Below are positions 1 to 9,757 of a stretch of 32,000 nucleotides of DNA, in pieces. The position numbers were made by a program, and so were the translations under genes. Within the stretch, counting starts at the first letter, position 1, and every line of letters starts with the position of its first letter. The DNA is from Methanosphaera stadtmanae DSM 3091 (GTDB lineage Archaea; Methanobacteriota; Methanobacteria; Methanobacteriales; Methanobacteriaceae): the NCBI RefSeq assembly GCF_000012545.1, contig NC_007681.1:1650001-1682000 (forward strand), given 5' to 3'. Under the pieces are notes generated by a model that ran no database searches, was not told where the DNA came from, and saw only the letters and a list, made by a program, of their open reading frames with translations.

Positions 1-1951
1 TATCTGGAACATGTTCAAAGGAATCAGTACGTCTTAAGTGATTAGCCACATTATCACCAAATTTATCTAAAAAGGGCCTACCTTCATATTTATCCTCATC
101 AAGATAATAAATACTATCATCACATAAAACAATAGAACCATAAACTGCTGATTTAACCATGATAAAACCAATACCATTATGAGATGCAAGGCTAGATAAA
201 AGTCCTGGAAAAGCATCCTCAATCTGTTCATAAGTTAATCTTACAGACCAATCAGTAAAATAAATCAATCCAAGATTACCTGATGCTAGAACAATACTTT
301 GAGCAGTCTTATTAGATGTAATAATATCATCATATAATTTAAAATCACTACTAACTTCTTCAGTTAAAGTTCTAAGCTTATCAAAAACAGGCATATCTGA
401 ATCAATAATAGAATACCTCTTTTTTAAAGTTTTAAAGGAATTTTTCTCCTTAATATCCCTAATACAAAATTTAATTCCCTCAATAGTATCATCAATCCTA
501 TCTTTATTACCCCTATATTTTTTAAGACCAAGAGATTCATAGAAATGATCATCATTAGAATGAAGAATACTATGAACAGTAATATTACTAGGAAGATTTC
601 TACTAACTAAATCTTCCAAAGTATAACCAAACTTCTGCTTAAATGTAGGTCCCCCTGACTGACCATGATCAGATAAAACAACCAAATGATAATTATTACC
701 AGATTCATAAATACTTCGATTTAACTGCCTAAACTGCTTATCAAGATGATTCAAAGCATAAAAAGCATCCCAATCACGAATACCAGAGTGATGAGCAATT
801 TCATCATAACCCATATATGTAGCATAAATCACATTATATTTACCACTGAAAATATCACCAATAAGAGAAATGGTAGTAGCCTCACGCATAACAACATTAG
901 CTCCAGCTCTAGCAACAAAATACGATAAATTTCTACGAAGTCTTGGATAAACACTACAAACAAACTGACGAATACGAGAAAATAATTCTAAACAAACATC
1001 CCCCATAAACAACACAATAATTCTAGTAATAAAATATGGATTAGAATACAAATAATACCATGTAGTTGTAAGAAGAGATCTTTTACTTGCAAACTTACTG
1101 AATGTTAAAATATAATCACTAGCATCCCCTGAAAAGAGATTAGACCTACTGGCTCCATTAAATGAGAGCAAACCCCTACCATTAGATATATGATTTTCAA
1201 TATAAGTAGAATCAGAAAAACCATTAGAAGAAACAATTCTATTATTATTTTCCTTTTCAACCCATCTGAAAGCTGGAATATCTTTATTATTACCATGTAA
1301 AATACCAGCCTGAGAAGCACCAGTTTGACTAGAAAGATCAGTCTCCCAAGAAGTAAGAATATGAGAACCCTCATCAATCCAACTTTTTAAAGTAGGCATA
1401 TCCCCCTTTTCAATAGCTTCAACAAGAATATCTTTTGCTAAACCATCAATTTCAAGGAAGATAAAACCATCCTTATCACGAATACCCCTAGAATTTTGTA
1501 ATTCCTTCTTTAAAATACTACTATAATAGAGTGAATCCTCATGAATATCTAAAACAATCGATACAAAAGAATTAATAATAGCAATAAGAAGTGGAATTGT
1601 AAATAAAGACATACCCCCAATGGAAACACCTGGAATAAACATGTCTAAAATCCATAAAATAAATCCATCAAAAATAAAGGTACCAAAACCAAAAGTAACA
1701 ACTAAAAATCGTAGCGAAATATATGATAAAATCGGCCATAACAATCCATTAAAAAAAGATAACAATAAAACAATAATAAATGCTACAACAAATGATGGAA
1801 CAGTTATACCACCAAAAATAGAAACAAAAACTAAAAAAAGAACAACATCCACAAATAATAATAAAACATATTTCATTACTCTTGAACTAAAACCAATAAC
1901 ATCCACAAACACTCCCCCCAGAACAATAAAATAAAAAAAGAAATATTCCAT
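1..1951 (-). CDS. Membrane-anchored alkaline-phosphatase / nucleotide-pyrophosphatase superfamily protein with an N-terminal DUF360 (holin-4-like) multi-TM domain. Partial: the 3' end runs off the left edge of the window.
   Basis: My own translation of the minus strand gives an uninterrupted frame from ATG (complement of 1949-1951; alternative ATG at 1874-1876) down to position 2, about 650 codons. It is absent from the ORF track because no stop lies in the window. The N-terminus is hydrophobic (MEYFFFYFIVLGGVFVDV...GLLWPILSYISLRFLVVTFGFGTFIFDGFILWIL), as in DUF360/YvlD. It is followed by YMGYDEIAHHSG and VVLSDHGQSGG, which resemble metal-site motifs of the alkaline phosphatase/ENPP fold. It lies 26 nt downstream of glyA on the same strand. 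Confidence 0.8.
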   Translation of the reverse strand, partial: MEYFFFYFIVLGGVFVDVIGFSSRVMKYVLLLFVDVVLFLVFVSIFGGITVPSFVVAFIIVLLLSFFNGLLWPILSYISLRFLVVTFGFGTFIFDGFILWILDMFIPGVSIGGMSLFTIPLLIAIINSFVSIVLDIHEDSLYYSSILKKELQNSRGIRDKDGFIFLEIDGLAKDILVEAIEKGDMPTLKSWIDEGSHILTSWETDLSSQTGASQAGILHGNNKDIPAFRWVEKENNNRIVSSNGFSDSTYIENHISNGRGLLSFNGASRSNLFSGDASDYILTFSKFASKRSLLTTTWYYLYSNPYFITRIIVLFMGDVCLELFSRIRQFVCSVYPRLRRNLSYFVARAGANVVMREATTISLIGDIFSGKYNVIYATYMGYDEIAHHSGIRDWDAFYALNHLDKQFRQLNRSIYESGNNYHLVVLSDHGQSGGPTFKQKFGYTLEDLVSRNLPSNITVHSILHSNDDHFYESLGLKKYRGNKDRIDDTIEGIKFCIRDIKEKNSFKTLKKRYSIIDSDMPVFDKLRTLTEEVSSDFKLYDDIITSNKTAQSIVLASGNLGLIYFTDWSVRLTYEQIEDAFPGLLSSLASHNGIGFIMVKSAVYGSIVLCDDSIYYLDEDKYEGRPFLDKFGDNVANHLRRTDSFEHVPD

Positions 1952-1977
1952 AAAGGGAATATTTTCCAAAAAATCAA

Positions 1978-3246
1978 CTAAAATTCAATATAATCATAAC
2001 CTTCACAACCTTCATCAAATGCATAATGAACAGTTGTGTAGTCTTGCATAAACTCAGTTACATCTTCTTTAACATCTTTTTTATCCATAACAACTTGTTT
2101 AATGAATTCTGCAACTTGATCCATTTCATCTTCTTTAAATCCACGATGTGTTAATTCTTGAGTACCCATTCTAATACCAGATGGATTATCACTATCATTT
2201 ACATCATCCCATGGAAGTAAATTTTTATTTAATATAATGTTATTATATTGTAAAGTTTTAGCCATTTTAGATACATCACCAAGTTTAGCTACATCCATAG
2301 CAACTTGATGTGATTCAGTAAATCCTTGATCTTCACATAAAACATTGAATCCTCTTTCATATAAAGCTTGAGCTAAAGCTTTAGCATTACTAATAGTTTG
2401 ATTAGCATAATCCTTACCAAACTCTAACATTTCAGCAGTAGCAACACCTAAAGCAGCCATATGATGAAGATGATGATTACTTACAACACCAGGGAAAACA
2501 CAGTTATCAACTTTTCTACCAATTTCTTCCTTACAAAGAATAATACCACCCTGAGGTCCAGGGAAAGTCTTATGTGTACTACCAGTAACTATGTCAGCAC
2601 CCTCTTTAACAGGATCCTGGAATCTTTTACCAGCAATTAAACCTAAAACATGAGCAGCATCATAGATGATTTTAGCACCAACTTCTTTAGCAACATCTGC
2701 TACTTCACTAACAGGTTGAGGGAATAAAAATAAACTACCACCAAGAACAATAGCTTTAGGTTCTTTTTCCCTAATTTTTGATAAAGTTTTATCAATATCA
2801 ACATTCATTATAGAATCATCCATTGGAACAGATGAAATTTTTAAACCACGAATACCTGCAGCACTAACACTAGCATGACTAATATGTCCACCCTCAGGAA
2901 CATTAATAGACATTAATAAATCCCCAGGTTTTGTTAAAGCAAAGAAACTTGCAAGGTTAGCAACAACACCAGAAGTAGGTTGAACATTTACATGTTCAGC
3001 ATCGTATAACTTTTTAGATAAAGCTATAGTTTCTTCTTCAATAGCATCAATATAATCACAACCCTCATATAAACGTTCACCAGGTAAACCTTCAGCATAT
3101 CTGTGGGATAAATCAGAAGCAACAGCTTCTCTAACAGCTCTACTAGTAATATTTTCACTAGCAATTAAGTTTAAACTATTTTTCATCCAATTATGATGAT
3201 CTTTTGTTAAATTTTTAATTCTTTCTGCTTGTTCCAAATTAGACAT
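1978..3246 (-). CDS. glyA: Serine hydroxymethyltransferase (archaeal type)
   Basis: 422-aa ORF. N-terminus [16 protein letters not shown] and PLP-lysine region [14 protein letters not shown] are typical SHMT motifs. GGAGG lies about 10 nt upstream of the ATG. Confidence 0.95.
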   Translation of the reverse strand: MSNLEQAERIKNLTKDHHNWMKNSLNLIASENITSRAVREAVASDLSHRYAEGLPGERLYEGCDYIDAIEEETIALSKKLYDAEHVNVQPTSGVVANLASFFALTKPGDLLMSINVPEGGHISHASVSAAGIRGLKISSVPMDDSIMNVDIDKTLSKIREKEPKAIVLGGSLFLFPQPVSEVADVAKEVGAKIIYDAAHVLGLIAGKRFQDPVKEGADIVTGSTHKTFPGPQGGIILCKEEIGRKVDNCVFPGVVSNHHLHHMAALGVATAEMLEFGKDYANQTISNAKALAQALYERGFNVLCEDQGFTESHQVAMDVAKLGDVSKMAKTLQYNNIILNKNLLPWDDVNDSDNPSGIRMGTQELTHRGFKEDEMDQVAEFIKQVVMDKKDVKEDVTEFMQDYTTVHYAFDEGCEGYDYIEF

Positions 3247-3400
3247 TAATTTTTTTCCTCCAAAAAAGACTCAATGCATATTTTTTTCTAAATAAATATA
3301 AATGTGACATGTTGGATAAAAAAATAAAAAAAATTTTCCAACTATAATAATATACTATATAATTAATAATATAACTAATTTTTCATAGAAACATGAAAAA

Positions 3401-3860
3401 GAAGGAGAATGTGCGAAAATCATAGTTTGTCGTGATCAATAATTATTATTTTTTGACTAGAACATTTTTTTTATTACTTTTTTTTGTTTTTTAACTTAGA
3501 TCTATTACTTCTTTTTGTTGTTTTAGTATTTCAACACAATCCACCAGTTTCTCAATAAAAAAACAAACATAATTTTATGGAATTAATTTTCTAATATATA
3601 TAGGTAATAAAAAAGTTTGATCAATAGTATCTTCATGTAAAATCATGAAAAACAAATCCATAAAATATATTTTACTATATAATATATTATAAAACGTTAT
3701 ATATAACTATTCTGTAAAATACTCCTTAAAAAATCATTTTAAACTTTAATTATAAACTTATAACAAAAAAATAGAAAAATATAACGGATAATTATAAAAA
3801 CAAGTAAATATAAATAAGAAAAAATTATTAATTAAAAATTAATTATCGCACACCCTCAGA
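3401..3860. repeat. Inverted pair of the GTGCGA-AAT motif bracketing about 440 bp of ORF-free AT-rich DNA (locus 1 of 3 of this motif family)
   Basis: gaaggagaatGTGCGAAAAT at 3401-3420 on the plus strand. ATTATCGCACaccctcag at 3842-3858, whose reverse complement is ctgagggtGTGCGATAAT. There is no ORF of 60 aa or more in any frame between them. Confidence 0.4.
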
Positions 3861-3960
3861 AGATACAAAAAAAGTCATAAAATACTATAAAAAAAGACTA
3901 AAATCCTAAAGTAAAAAATATAGAGGGAAAAATCCCCCATTCTTTACCAAGTTATTAAAC

Positions 3961-5910
3961 TTAATTGAAAGCTGCTTCAATTTGAGCTAAAATTTGTTCA
4001 TCTCTGAAGTGAGCTTGATCTAAAGCACCAGTTGGACATGCTCCTACACATGTTCCACAACCTTTACATAAAGCTATGTTTACTTCACATTTACCATCAA
4101 CAATGGATAAAGCTTTAAATGGACATAATTCAACACAAATTTCACAACCACCACAGTTATCTTTAGATACTTCAGCAGTAATAGGTTCAATTTCTACTTC
4201 TCCTTGGATCATAGGAATTGCTGCTCTTGCTGCTGCACCTGAAGCTTGAGCTACAGTATCAGGAATATCTTTAGGACCTTGAGCTACACCAGCAAGGAAA
4301 ATACCATTAGTCATGGTGTCAACAGGTCTGAGTTTAGGGTGAGCTTCCATGAAGAATCCATCTGCACTTTTAGATAATCCTAAGATTTGTCTTAAATCAT
4401 CCATACCTTCAGGAGGTACTAAACCTACAGATAAAACAACTAAATCATAAGTATATGCTGTTGATTTACCTAATAAGGTATCTTCTGCACGTACTGTGAT
4501 TGTTTTATCTTCATTTTCAATAAGTTGAGCTGCTTTACCCCTAATAAATCTGATTCCGTATTTTTCTTGTGAAAGTCTGTAGAACTCTTCATAACCTTTA
4601 CCAAATGCACGAATATCAATGTAATATATAGTTACTTCAGTATCAGGTTCGTGGTCAACACATAATTGTGCGTTTTTCATTGCATACATACAACATACTC
4701 TGGAACAATATGGATTTCCAACTTTTTCATCACGAGAACCTACACATTGGATGAAAGCAATTCTCTTAGGTGTTTCACCAGAGGAAGGTTGGATTACATG
4801 ACCTTGTGTTGGTCCAGAAGCATTTATGTATCTTTCAATTTGTAAACCAGTAATTACGTTTTCAGCTTGATCAAAGATATATTCTTCTTTTTCTGTTGGA
4901 TCAAAAGTATCGTAACCTGTTGCTACTACAATTGTACCAATATCTAATTCAACTGTTGTTGGTTCTTGTTCATGATCAATTGCACCTATTTCACATGCTT
5001 TATCACATAATTTACATCCAATACAGTAATCATCATCAATAGTAGCTACTAAAGGTACTGCTTGTGGGAATGGAATGTATGCTGCTTTTACCATACCAGT
5101 TCCTTCATCAAAGTAGTTAGGCATTTCAATTGGACAAACTTCTTGACATACACCACAACCTGTACATGTTACTTCATCTACAAATCTTGCTTTTCTTTCT
5201 ACAGTTACTTTAAAGTTACCTATGTAACCATCAACATCTCTTACTTCAGAGTAAGCTAAAAGTTCAATATTAGCGTGTTTACCAGCATCTACCATTTTAG
5301 GTGCTAAAATACACATTGAACAGTCAAGTGTAGGGAATGTTTTATCTAATTGTCCCATTCTTCCACTTAAGGTTGGTCTTCTTTCTACAAGGTAGGTTTT
5401 GAATCCCATATCACCTAAATCAAGAGCTGTTTGAATACCTGCAACTCCACCACCAATAACCATAGCAGTTTTTTCTACAGATACTTTTTCTGCTGTTAAT
5501 GGGTTTAATAATCTTGCTTTTGCAACACCCATTCTTACTAAATCTTTTGCTTTTTCAGTAGCTCCTTCAGGATCATCTCCGTGTACCCAGGAGTCTTGTT
5601 CCCTAAGGTTTACGAAATCAAATAAGAATTCGTTTAATCCTGCTTCTTTTACACATCTACGGAATGTAGGTTCGTGGAGACGAGGACTACATGCTGCTAC
5701 TACTACTCTGTTTAAGTTTAATTCTTTAATATCATCCTGAATAAGGTTCTGTCCTGGGTCAGAACACATGTATTTGTATTCACGTGAAACTACAACATCA
5801 GGTAAAGTTTCTACGTATTCAGCTACTGCTTTACAGTCTACTACTCCACCAACGTTTACTCCACAGTGGCAGGTGTATACTCCTATACGTACTTCTTCAT
5901 TATTTGCCAA
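3961..5910 (-). CDS. hdrA: CoB-CoM heterodisulfide reductase subunit A
   Basis: 649-aa ORF with [15 protein letters not shown] near the N-terminus, the FAD-binding [14 protein letters not shown] motif and several CxxCxxCxxxCP ferredoxin-type clusters. TTG start with GGTGAT 5 nt upstream. Confidence 0.95.
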   Translation of the reverse strand: MANNEEVRIGVYTCHCGVNVGGVVDCKAVAEYVETLPDVVVSREYKYMCSDPGQNLIQDDIKELNLNRVVVAACSPRLHEPTFRRCVKEAGLNEFLFDFVNLREQDSWVHGDDPEGATEKAKDLVRMGVAKARLLNPLTAEKVSVEKTAMVIGGGVAGIQTALDLGDMGFKTYLVERRPTLSGRMGQLDKTFPTLDCSMCILAPKMVDAGKHANIELLAYSEVRDVDGYIGNFKVTVERKARFVDEVTCTGCGVCQEVCPIEMPNYFDEGTGMVKAAYIPFPQAVPLVATIDDDYCIGCKLCDKACEIGAIDHEQEPTTVELDIGTIVVATGYDTFDPTEKEEYIFDQAENVITGLQIERYINASGPTQGHVIQPSSGETPKRIAFIQCVGSRDEKVGNPYCSRVCCMYAMKNAQLCVDHEPDTEVTIYYIDIRAFGKGYEEFYRLSQEKYGIRFIRGKAAQLIENEDKTITVRAEDTLLGKSTAYTYDLVVLSVGLVPPEGMDDLRQILGLSKSADGFFMEAHPKLRPVDTMTNGIFLAGVAQGPKDIPDTVAQASGAAARAAIPMIQGEVEIEPITAEVSKDNCGGCEICVELCPFKALSIVDGKCEVNIALCKGCGTCVGACPTGALDQAHFRDEQILAQIEAAFN

Positions 5911-6116
5911 GTTAAATCACCTATTTAATTAAGACTATGATGTTTAAAATCTGTTTTTTTTAAAAAAAAAACTTATAAAAAACATTTGTTAACTATTAAA
6001 AATTTAACAAATTATATCCTATACTGTTAGATTACTAAAACAATATATTTATACTTTTATCATGTTTATATAAAAACGAAACAATAAAGTAAAATTTAAA
6101 AAAAATAAAAAAAGAA

Positions 6117-7019
6117 TTATACAACAAATGTTATGATTGCAGTCAAAGTAACTAAACTTAACAATACATCTGTAAAAATACAAGAACTCATTAACTTATT
6201 ATCCAAATTATAAGTAATAGACAATACCAAAGCATTCATTGCAGTAGACATACCTGCCTCTAAAACAGCAACATTAAATGCCAATCCAGTTAAATGAATA
6301 GCACTTAGAATTCCAAACATAAGTAATGGTGATACAACTAAACGAAGAAGAGATATCAACAATGAATCTTTAAGATAATGTTTAATCTCCCTGAAATCAA
6401 TAGTTAAACCTAAAGACAACATAATAAGAGGAGTAGTTGAATTACCAAGATAAGTAAATACATTCTTCAAAACATAACCCATTTCTATGTGTGAAAAATT
6501 AAATAATAAACCTAAAATAACAGCCCATAATGGAACAAATTTTAAACCATTCTTCACAACATCTTTTTTATCTCCACCAAACTCTCCAACAAGTATCATA
6601 CCAAACATTATAAATAACACTGTTGTTGCTAGATCATAAAATATTGCATTTAAAAAACCTTCATTTCCAAATACACCTAAAGTAATTGGAAAACCTATAA
6701 AACCTGAGTTCATCATTGCTGCTGCAATCATTAAAGTCCATGTTTTAATCTTAGAATAACCTCTACTTCTAGAGAAAAGATAAGCAAGTAACATACAGAC
6801 CATACTCACAGCAAATGAAGCTACAGGCAATATTGCCATATTTGAATTAATATGAGCACTTGAAAGATTTACAAAAATCAATGAAGGCAAGCTTATATTT
6901 ATTACTATTTTTGATAAAGTTGTACTATCTTTTGCATTTAATACATTATTTCTTTTAAGAGCATAACCTATTATAATCATGATTGTTGGAATCAATATAA
7001 TTTCAATAGGGTTTACCAT
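6117..7019 (-). CDS. AEC (auxin efflux carrier / malate-permease-like) family membrane transporter
   Basis: 300-aa ORF that is hydrophobic throughout (about 9-10 TM segments). The length and N-terminal pattern (IIGYALKR...) fit AEC-family permeases. The family call is from recollection of the family. Confidence 0.8.
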   Translation of the reverse strand: MVNPIEIILIPTIMIIIGYALKRNNVLNAKDSTTLSKIVINISLPSLIFVNLSSAHINSNMAILPVASFAVSMVCMLLAYLFSRSRGYSKIKTWTLMIAAAMMNSGFIGFPITLGVFGNEGFLNAIFYDLATTVLFIMFGMILVGEFGGDKKDVVKNGLKFVPLWAVILGLLFNFSHIEMGYVLKNVFTYLGNSTTPLIMLSLGLTIDFREIKHYLKDSLLISLLRLVVSPLLMFGILSAIHLTGLAFNVAVLEAGMSTAMNALVLSITYNLDNKLMSSCIFTDVLLSLVTLTAIITFVV

Positions 7020-7118
7020 AAATATCGCGTCCTTCTATTAATGCTAATAAGATTTGTTGTAGATACTATTTAAATATAATAATTAAAAAAAGATGAATTA
7101 TATTAAAATTATTTGTAT

Positions 7119-7234
7119 GTGGCCCTATAAAACTAGAACCCCGCCTTGAAGTGTATCAAGTAATACTTTCTAGGTAATACTTAAAGTAAGTAAATTTACT
7201 AGACTATCCCCCATCGCCCACAGGTTGATTATGA
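7119..7234 (-). ncRNA. Candidate omegaRNA (reRNA) scaffold of the adjacent TnpB
   Basis: It lies immediately 3' of the tnpB stop on the same strand. It is a G+C island (45 G/C in 119 nt by hand count) inside visibly more AT-rich spacer. Local hairpins: a perfect 12-nt palindrome AGTAAATTTACT at 7189-7200 and CTTGA-N6-TCAAG at 7145-7160. The position matches where IS200/IS605 TnpB guide RNAs are encoded. Boundaries are approximate and it may extend into the tnpB 3' end. Confidence 0.45.
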
Positions 7235-8338
7235 TTATGACATTTCTATTGCTTTATATAGAATATTTTTTGCTGCATTAATATCCCTATCATGATATGT
7301 GTTACATTTAGGACATTCCCATTCTCTCACATCTATTGTCACATTATTATTTATTGTTTTACAATTACTACAAGTCTTCGTTGATGGATAACTTTGAGGT
7401 ATCTGTATAAATGTTTTATTATTTAGTTCAGCATTAATTTTTATTAGTTTTATTAGTCGTGCCCAATTCATATTATATATACTATGACTATATCTTCTAT
7501 TTTTTATCATATTTCTAATATCTAATGATTCCATAGCAATAAAATCATAGTCTTTCACTATTTCCATTGCTATTTTATGTAGGTTATCCTCAATAATATT
7601 TGTTCTTTTAATATATAATTTATGTAGCATCAACACTGTTTTTTGGTAATTCTTACTATTTTCCTTTTGTTTTGATAATTTTCTATTATATTTATTTATC
7701 TTTGATTCTATTTTTGATATATTTGGTGGTTTAATTGATTTACCATCTGACATTATTATCAAGTTCTTTATTCCCAAGTCTATTCCAACTTTTTTATTTG
7801 TTTTAGGATACTCTGTTATTGAAATATCACTACATTTTAATATTATAAACCATTGACTATTGTGTTTTTTAATTATAACTTCCTTAAGTTTTCCTTGAAT
7901 TTCACGTTTATCATGTAGTTTAAATGTTCCATAATCATTTAAATATAATCTTTTACATTTCAATTTATCTTTGGAGGTGCATTGGAGTCTAAATGATTGT
8001 GTTGATGTTTTTTTAATAAATTTTGGTTTTTGTGATAAGCCAGTTTTATAATTATTTATTGAATCTAACAGTCTATGATATGCATCAATAAGTATAATTT
8101 TATCTACTTGTTTTAGATGATTATTTTCTTTTAATAATTGTTTTAAAATATCATAGAAATATTTATTTGAATATACTACCTTTTTTCCAGATTTTAGATT
8201 TTCTTTATATTCTTTTTCATAAATTAATTTAGATTTATTATAAACATAAGCATACGCTACAAAATTTGTTTCAAATAATTCTATTTGTTTTTTATTAGGA
8301 TATATTCTACATTTATAATATTTAGATATTTTCTTCAT
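7235..8338 (-). CDS. tnpB: TnpB (IS200/IS605-family OrfB, RNA-guided RuvC endonuclease)
   Basis: 367-aa ORF. It has N-terminal YKCRIYPNKKQ, RuvC-I VGIDLGIKN, RuvC-II IAMESLDIRNM, the zinc ribbon CSNC...CPKC and RuvC-III HDRDINAAKNI. All three catalytic acidic positions are present. Confidence 0.9.
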   Translation of the reverse strand: MKKISKYYKCRIYPNKKQIELFETNFVAYAYVYNKSKLIYEKEYKENLKSGKKVVYSNKYFYDILKQLLKENNHLKQVDKIILIDAYHRLLDSINNYKTGLSQKPKFIKKTSTQSFRLQCTSKDKLKCKRLYLNDYGTFKLHDKREIQGKLKEVIIKKHNSQWFIILKCSDISITEYPKTNKKVGIDLGIKNLIIMSDGKSIKPPNISKIESKINKYNRKLSKQKENSKNYQKTVLMLHKLYIKRTNIIEDNLHKIAMEIVKDYDFIAMESLDIRNMIKNRRYSHSIYNMNWARLIKLIKINAELNNKTFIQIPQSYPSTKTCSNCKTINNNVTIDVREWECPKCNTYHDRDINAAKNILYKAIEMS

Positions 8339-8449
8339 AACTATATTATTCTAATTAATAATATTTCATTAATAAGATATATACTTTTCTAATAAAAAAA
8401 TAATTTTAATATAAAATGTTTAAAAAAATAATAAAAGTTTTAAAAACTT

Positions 8450-9733
8450 TTAATTTTCCAAGGTATTACTTACACGTTCATAATCTTCAATATTATGGAA
8501 TGATTTTGTCGCATCTACACCTATTTTAGTTGTGGTACCATCTATTTGTGCTACAGGATCTAATGATGAACCTCTTGCTTTTGGTATTATTATTATATCA
8601 TCATCACCTTTTACACGAGTTGCAATAGCATATTCAACATCAACTGCATCAAATATATTTATATCTTCATCAACTATAACACAATGTTTAAGTGAAGGAT
8701 GTGCAGATAATGCAGCCATAAGTACATTTTTAGCATCGCCCTCTGTTTGCTTCTTAATTGATACTACTGCATGTAGCCAACAACATCCACCTTCTGTTAA
8801 TACTACATTTTGCACTGTTGGAAGAGTATTTTTTACACTATTATATATACGTGGTTCTTGAGGGAGTCCTTGTAATAATTTATGTTCATTCCCAGCTGGA
8901 AGAATTGCATGATAATATGGATTATCTTTATAATGCATCCTTGTAAGTTTTATTATTGGTTCTTCCCTTATTTTATCATAAGTATCTGTTAAATCAACAA
9001 ATGGTCCTTCAATTTTACGTTCATTTGGTAATATTTTTCCTTCAAGTAAAATTTCACACTCTGGAACTTCAATATCAACAGTTTCACATTTAACTAAAGT
9101 TAAATTACCCTCTTTAAATGTATTTGCCACTTCTAATTCATTTTCAGTGATAGGAATACTTGTTGTACTAGCAAGTAATGTTGAAGGATTTAATCCTATT
9201 GCAATTGCAATTTCCAATGGTTTGTTTAATTCTTCAGCTTTTTTATAATAAGTATATAATTGTCTAGGTACTATTCTAATTCCCAATTCATCGTTACTAT
9301 TAACTAACATTCTATGAATAGATGCATTGGTTTGACCATTTTCTGGATCTTTTGCTATTACGACACCTGCTGTAATATATTTTCCCTTATCTTTAGGATA
9401 ATGTTTTAAAATTGGTATTTTTGATAAGTCTACATCCATATTATTTGAATAAACTTCATCAAAATTCTTAATATTTGTTATTTTTGTTGGATTTTCTGTT
9501 GCTTTTATTATATTTTCAGTAATTTTATCAACAGATGTATTTATAGATTTTGCTATTTTATCCCTAGTATTGCATATTCCAGAAATTATATTCATATTTG
9601 AATCTTTAATATTTGTAAATATAACCGTATCAGTTGGATGTTTTTTAAGAATAGATGTTATTTCATATTCTGTTGATACTTCTTCAGAAATTTCTATAAT
9701 ATCATCAGTTATTTCATCAATTAAACGAGACAT
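8450..9733 (-). CDS. UbiD-family (prenyl-FMN-dependent) decarboxylase. It may be the anhydromevalonate-phosphate decarboxylase of the archaeal mevalonate pathway; that function is inference.
   Basis: 427-aa ORF. Central [12 protein letters not shown] resembles the UbiD EGPFGE.TGYY motif, and length and overall pattern fit archaeal UbiD homologues. GGAG lies 9 nt upstream of the ATG. It lies 24 nt downstream of purE on the same strand. Confidence 0.8.
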   Translation of the reverse strand: MSRLIDEITDDIIEISEEVSTEYEITSILKKHPTDTVIFTNIKDSNMNIISGICNTRDKIAKSINTSVDKITENIIKATENPTKITNIKNFDEVYSNNMDVDLSKIPILKHYPKDKGKYITAGVVIAKDPENGQTNASIHRMLVNSNDELGIRIVPRQLYTYYKKAEELNKPLEIAIAIGLNPSTLLASTTSIPITENELEVANTFKEGNLTLVKCETVDIEVPECEILLEGKILPNERKIEGPFVDLTDTYDKIREEPIIKLTRMHYKDNPYYHAILPAGNEHKLLQGLPQEPRIYNSVKNTLPTVQNVVLTEGGCCWLHAVVSIKKQTEGDAKNVLMAALSAHPSLKHCVIVDEDINIFDAVDVEYAIATRVKGDDDIIIIPKARGSSLDPVAQIDGTTTKIGVDATKSFHNIEDYERVSNTLEN

Positions 9734-9757
9734 AATTTTTAACTCCTATACCTATGT

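Larger units (their letters stand above)
7100..8451 (-). mobile_element. TnpB-only (IS1341-type) IS200/IS605-family element; ends approximate
   Basis: tnpB with no adjacent Y1 or serine transposase ORF. It sits between two unrelated housekeeping genes on the same strand. It has a structured G+C-rich right flank and a 19-nt palindrome AAAAGTTTT-A-AAAACTTTT at 8433-8451 on the upstream side. The exact LE/RE cannot be set from a single copy. Confidence 0.55.

Noticed and set aside
746-1934. Track ORFs 746-928 (+), 1105-1377 (-) and 1620-1934 (+)
   Set aside because: All are overlapped by one continuous 650-codon minus-strand frame (1-1951) with recognisable domains. Their own translations are low-complexity, Ile/Leu/Asn/Thr-rich shadow sequence.
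3401-3440. Tiny ORFs starting at ATG/GTG inside the GTGC motifs, e.g. aaggagaATGtgcgaaaatcatagtttgtcgtga, MCENHSLS. Similar ones occur at 22445 and 26833.
   Set aside because: The SD-like purine run is only 1 nt from the ATG. The peptides are 4-21 aa, with no conserved length or sequence between loci. The similarity is at the DNA level and appears in both orientations.
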